In this document: in pieces, positions 37,418 to 41,651 of the stretch | Numbering within the stretch: position 1 is the first letter of the stretch | Layout: each line of letters opens with the position of its first letter | Source: Octopus bimaculoides | Taxonomy: Eukaryota | Assembly (NCBI RefSeq): GCF_001194135.2 | Contig: NC_068984.1 | Location: 47,330,219 to 47,371,869, forward strand | Direction: 5' to 3' | Length of the DNA stretch: 41,651 nt | The notes under the pieces: generated by a model | Seen by the model: only the letters and a program-made list of their open reading frames with translations | What the model was told of the DNA's origin: nothing | Databases searched by the model: none | Translations under genes and position numbers: made by a program

Positions 37418-39593
37418 TATATGCATACACACACACACGTGCGCACACGTATGTGAGAATTGTTGCCTCATACTTTAAACCACCAAATTAAACATAAACG
37501 CACCAGGCTACAAATAGGCACATAATTACCTACACAGTTAAGTTCTCAGTATTACCATCAAAAACAGGTTTACACATGCATACATACAGACAGACACATA
37601 CAAAAGAATAAAAACACATTCATAAAATATGAGCGCGCACAAACACACACACAGGCGTGATATATTGTTATTGACAGCACCATCGTCACTGGCTTTTCTG
37701 CACACCACACAAATTATCTACACGCGCGAACATTGTAAACCTAATGATAAAAATGCCGATCGTTGGTGCATATATACAGACATAAACATACAGAAAAAAG
37801 GTATGCACACAAGTGCGAAATACCAAAAGACACACGCACACGCAAGCACACAAATATGTAACCACAACGATATCACACTCACTAATATGTATCCTTGAAC
37901 ACCCGCTATGTAACCACACGCACACACACACACGTAAGCAGAAATATGCAACCATTTGGAACCACACCTGAAATATATTATATACATGTATATGAATGTA
38001 ATGGCATTCATGCAAAGAATATACTGATACACACACACACACACACACAAAATGTATATGAACCCGCACACATGAAAGGCTAAGTTCAGTCTTTATCGTA
38101 ATAATCGTTACCCCACTTGTGAAAGCAATTGACATACCTATACATTTACACACACATACACACAAATACTGAGAAACAGCGGGGACTGACACACACATTC
38201 ACACTAACATCTTTAAATCTACACACAAGCAACCAAGCTTACAAATATGCGTTTAGTTATATGCAAATTATATGTACAAAGAAGAAACAAATATTCTCAC
38301 ATTCATATACGAATCATTAGTCAAGACGGGAGCACCTACGCGGTTGCTTGATCTGCGAGAAATAGCAGCCGTATTTACCGCAGAAAAGCAACAACAAAAA
38401 CGATACATTGAATAATGTAATCTTGAAAGCGGTGTCTAAAAAAGAAAACGCGAGAATGTTTTACCGTTTGAATACGCTTGATCAAAAGTTTGCTCATCAA
38501 AGTTGGCGGTCTCTTTATCCATAGTTGGTTTAACGTCACACCATCTGATACAAGTTGATAATTTCCCGGGTTATTAATCCCGTTTACGATAATTATATTT
38601 ATTAGACTTTTATTGAATTGATTGAAATGTGATAAACAAAGCTACCTGATGAACATCAGAGATAGAGTTGATCGAAACGAAGTTTAGATATAACTATTGT
38701 AAATATACTATAAGATTATTGTAAATACACACTTTAAAGAGTTAATAATCCAGAAACATTTAATATTGATTTCTAATATTGGAACAAGAGCACATATTTT
38801 GAATATGAGCACAAATTTATAAAATGTAGACAAGGGCACCAATTTTGAGGAAGAGTATATTTTATATAATTGTCCTTGGTATTTCTCTGGTGTGTATTTC
38901 GTCGCCCGAGAGCGGTTGAAAGGGAAACCTCGCCTTCTTCACGATTTGAATCCATTAGATAAAGCGGCAGCAAAGCATATTTCGTTCAACATTTCACTGA
39001 CAATTTCTTCCCTCAACTCTCTATTCTTGGAAAAAGTTAATTCTTGCATAGGTACAAGTCTCAAAGTCAGAGGAGGGATATAATCGATAATGTCGATTCA
39101 TAATAGTTTTATTGACCTGCAGAAGGATGAAAAAATAGATCTCATGAAGATCTAAATTTAGAACGTAAAGGGTTGTAATTAGATACCACTTGGCGTTGTA
39201 AAGAGTCAGCCAATCCACGGCCCCTCGAAAATTAACAGCAACGCCTTTCCAACAAAGAACAACATACGGCTTTTCTACCTTACTGCATTTAGCATTTTTA
39301 ATTTATAGGATATTATTACTTTTACGTTAATTTCATAATTCACCTTGAAAATTCCTGAATATAAAGAGAACTTGAAATTTTGGAGGAAGAGGGTTAAATG
39401 TTGTAGGAGTTTAAGCAATGAAATATCAACTTCAATATTTTTACTTATTTTATTGGTCTAGAAGTGATGAAACTTCACTGCAGCAAGATATGAACTTGAG
39501 AACAGAATAAGAAGCTAGCAGCAGCAGAACAAGATCTTAACAACAAAAGAGCAACAGTGGGATAACAATGGTGTGGCAGAAGACAACGACAAA

Positions 39594-39828
39594 GGCGGTG
39601 AGGTGAGCTGGTAGAAACGTTAGCACGCTGGGCGAAATGCTTAGCGGTACTTCGTCTGCCGCTACGTTCTGAGTTCAAATTCCGCCGAGGTCGACTTTGC
39701 CTTTCATCCTTTCGGGATCGATTAAATAAGTACCAGTTACGCACTGGGGTCGATATAATCGACTTAATCCGTTTGTCTGTCCTTGTTTGTCCCCTCTGTG
39801 TGTAGCCCTTTGTGGGCAGTAAAGAAAT
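39594..39828 (+). mobile_element. Young full-length tRNA-derived SINE with 14-bp TSD
   Basis: CpG-rich, B box gagttcaaattcc, central cctttcatcctttcgggatcgattaaataagtaccag. Identical aagacaacgacaaa at 39580-39593 and 39829-39842. Confidence 0.97.
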
Positions 39829-39853
39829 AAGACAACGACAAAATCAGCCTTAC

Positions 39854-40038
39854 CTTTCGAGCCGTTTCATAAATCTCGTCTTTGTTACCGAGATCCACTG
39901 TATACTGGTAACAGCTACCACCAAGTTCTTTGATTGCTTTGGCAGTTGTATCATTGCCTTGAACGTCAATATCCCAAAGGACCATTCGACAACCGAGTTT
40001 GGCAAACCGAAGGGCTAGCTCACGGCCGATTCCGCTTC
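39854..40038 (-). CDS. SDR16C5: SDR16C-family dehydrogenase (SDR16C5/RDHE2-like), first coding exon visible in window (internal exon, 185 nt)
   Basis: Acceptor ttgtctcatttacag|GA, donor AAG|gtaagg. Translates (G)SGIGRELALRFAKLGCRMVLWDIDVQGNDTTAKAIKELGGSCYQYTVDLGNKDEIYETARK, i.e. second half of the TGxxxGxG Rossmann motif plus beta2 LWD. Starts after a phase-1 intron, ends in phase 0. The symbol is the closest family member I recognise, not proven orthology. Confidence 0.95.
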
Positions 40039-40261
40039 CTGTAAATGAGACAAGAAAGAAATATTAAACTAGTGAAAAGGATGGTATTATAGACATGGGA
40101 CACTTAATTTGGCAAATTGATAACATATCACGTGATCATGTGACTGGCCAGAACATCAGAAGTTGTTATACATTACAAACGCAATGCGCGTTGCATCGTT
40201 TTAGCAAGGGGAGCAAGCCAGCATTCCTCCTGATCGAAAGAAGGACCGAGGCGACGTGGAA

Positions 40262-40350
40262 CGAAGAACACAACGTGCAACCCGGTCTGGGAATCGAACT
40301 ACGATCTGGCGATCGTAAGTCCAACTGCCTAACCACTAAGCTACGAGTCT
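40262..40350 (-). mobile_element. tRNA-derived SINE head (body extends left, decayed)
   Basis: gaagaacacaacg...ccggtctgggaatcgaac...cctaaccactaagcta; the reverse complement gives A and B boxes. Confidence 0.75.
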
Positions 40351-40512
40351 TCACATAGTATTTACTGATGCAAATATTTCAGTATTTTGATATTCTGACC
40401 CATGTTTCTTATTCCCAACATTTCCAGAATTTCACAAAATTTATGACTCTTTCTTCAATGATACCAAATCTTTCTATCTAACTCTAACTCTCTCTCTCTC
40501 TCTCTCTCTCTA

Positions 40513-40849
40513 GCGGCGCAATGGTCCAGTGGTTAGGACAGCAAACTCGCAGTCATAGGATCGCGGTTTCGATTCCAAGATCGGGCGTTATGGGTGTTAA
40601 TTGAGTGAAAACACCTAAATCTCGACGAGGCTCCCGGCAGGGAGTAGTGGCGAGCTCTGCTGTACTTTTTCACCACAACTTTCTTTCTTTCTTCCTGTTT
40701 CTGTTGTACCTGTATTTCAAAGGGCTAGCCTTGTCACACTGAATCTCCCCGAAAACTACGTGTCTGTGGAGTGCTCAGCCACTTGCACGTTAATTTCCCG
40801 AGCAAGCTGGATCAACTGGAACCCTCGTCGTCGTAATCGACGGAGTGCC
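40513..40849 (+). mobile_element. tRNA-derived SINE
   Basis: gcggcgcaatggtccagtggttagg (A box), gcggtttcgattcc (B box); body shared with 33420-33702. Confidence 0.9.
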
Positions 40850-40853
40850 GTAG

Positions 40854-40893
<40 letters not shown>

Positions 40894-40896
<3 letters not shown>

Positions 40897-41603
40897 TTGA
40901 TTTGATTTGATTTGATCTAGTTTCAGCTCATAAGTTGTGGTCATACTGCTGGAGCACTGCCATTTGATGTTGCTACATAATTTTACTTCACGAATGCTAT
41001 TTAGAAATTGACATTTGGTGCACGAGAGAGCTTGATGCCGCTGCCTTCATCTTGCTGTGAAGTTGGTTAATCTGGAATACTTGACAGTAAGAGGTCCAGT
41101 TTCGTTTTGAAAACACCTACATCCACCCCATGCAGGTCTCTCAGGTCCTTCGGGAGGATATTGAAGAGTTGTGATCCCCTAAAGCCCAGGTTGTTGCAAT
41201 ATCTTGTCCTCTATCTTGATGGCAAATTTAGAGTCCTTGGCACTATGCAGTGACGTTCTGTTCTAGTATTAGTGTAAATCTTGATGTAAAAGTTTAGGAC
41301 AAGTCCCTCTATGATCTTCCAGATATATATTATGGCATATCTTTCTCGCCTTTCCTCTAAGGAATAGAGTCTTCATCTTTTGTGTCTCTCCCAGTAGCTT
41401 ATATGCTGCAGAGAAGCTATCTTCTTCGTGTAGCTTTGTAGGATTGCCTCAAGCTCTGCAATTAATTTTACACAGGTTGGTAACCATAGCTGGGAGCAAT
41501 AGTCAAAGGGACTTCGGATAAATGTCCTCCAGAGGATCATCATGGTTATCCGATCCCTTGTTCAAATGTTCTAATAATCCATCCCAGTCAGTCGCCAGCA
41601 TTT
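40894..41603 (-). mobile_element. 5'-truncated CR1-like LINE 3' end with (CAAAT)n tail
   Basis: Minus-strand translation: TMMILWRTFIRSPFDYCSQLW...LEAILQSYTKKI...YWE...LYSLEERRERYAIIYIWKIIEGLV...SQLFNILPKDLRDL...FKTKLDLLL, the CR1/L2 ORF2 C-terminal pattern with stops; simple-repeat tail at 40894-40916. Confidence 0.9.
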
Positions 41604-41651
41604 CATTCTTATATATATATATATAGATATATATATATATATATATATATA

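Noticed and set aside
40039-41651. First coding exon of the SDR gene
   Set aside because: No signal-anchor/VLITGA-coding segment with a phase-1 donor was found; the region is SINE, LINE and microsatellite, so the exon is presumably outside the window.

Overview
AT-rich, microsatellite-rich eukaryotic DNA, not prokaryotic. The SINE and DNA-transposon repertoire is what I recall as typical of Octopus; the species call is inference. One gene is well supported: a minus-strand SDR16C-family short-chain dehydrogenase (epidermal retinol dehydrogenase 2 / SDR16C5-like). It has five coding exons here (40038-39854, 32796-32665, 29155-28911, 22399-22274, 15747-15648), all with GT-AG sites and consistent phases; the first coding exon appears to lie beyond the right edge. 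The rest is intron/intergenic DNA with decayed Tc1, mariner and maT transposons, MITEs, a Helentron-like element, CR1 and CRE-like LINE relics, many SINEs and two N gaps. Most listed ORFs are microsatellite or N-run artefacts. I found no convincing novel multi-gene system. Best leads: an orphan exon-like segment resembling the gene's last exon, a candidate internal first exon, a long intronic hairpin, a 2-kb head-to-tail SINE train, and a structured LTR-like element with hammerhead-like cores.
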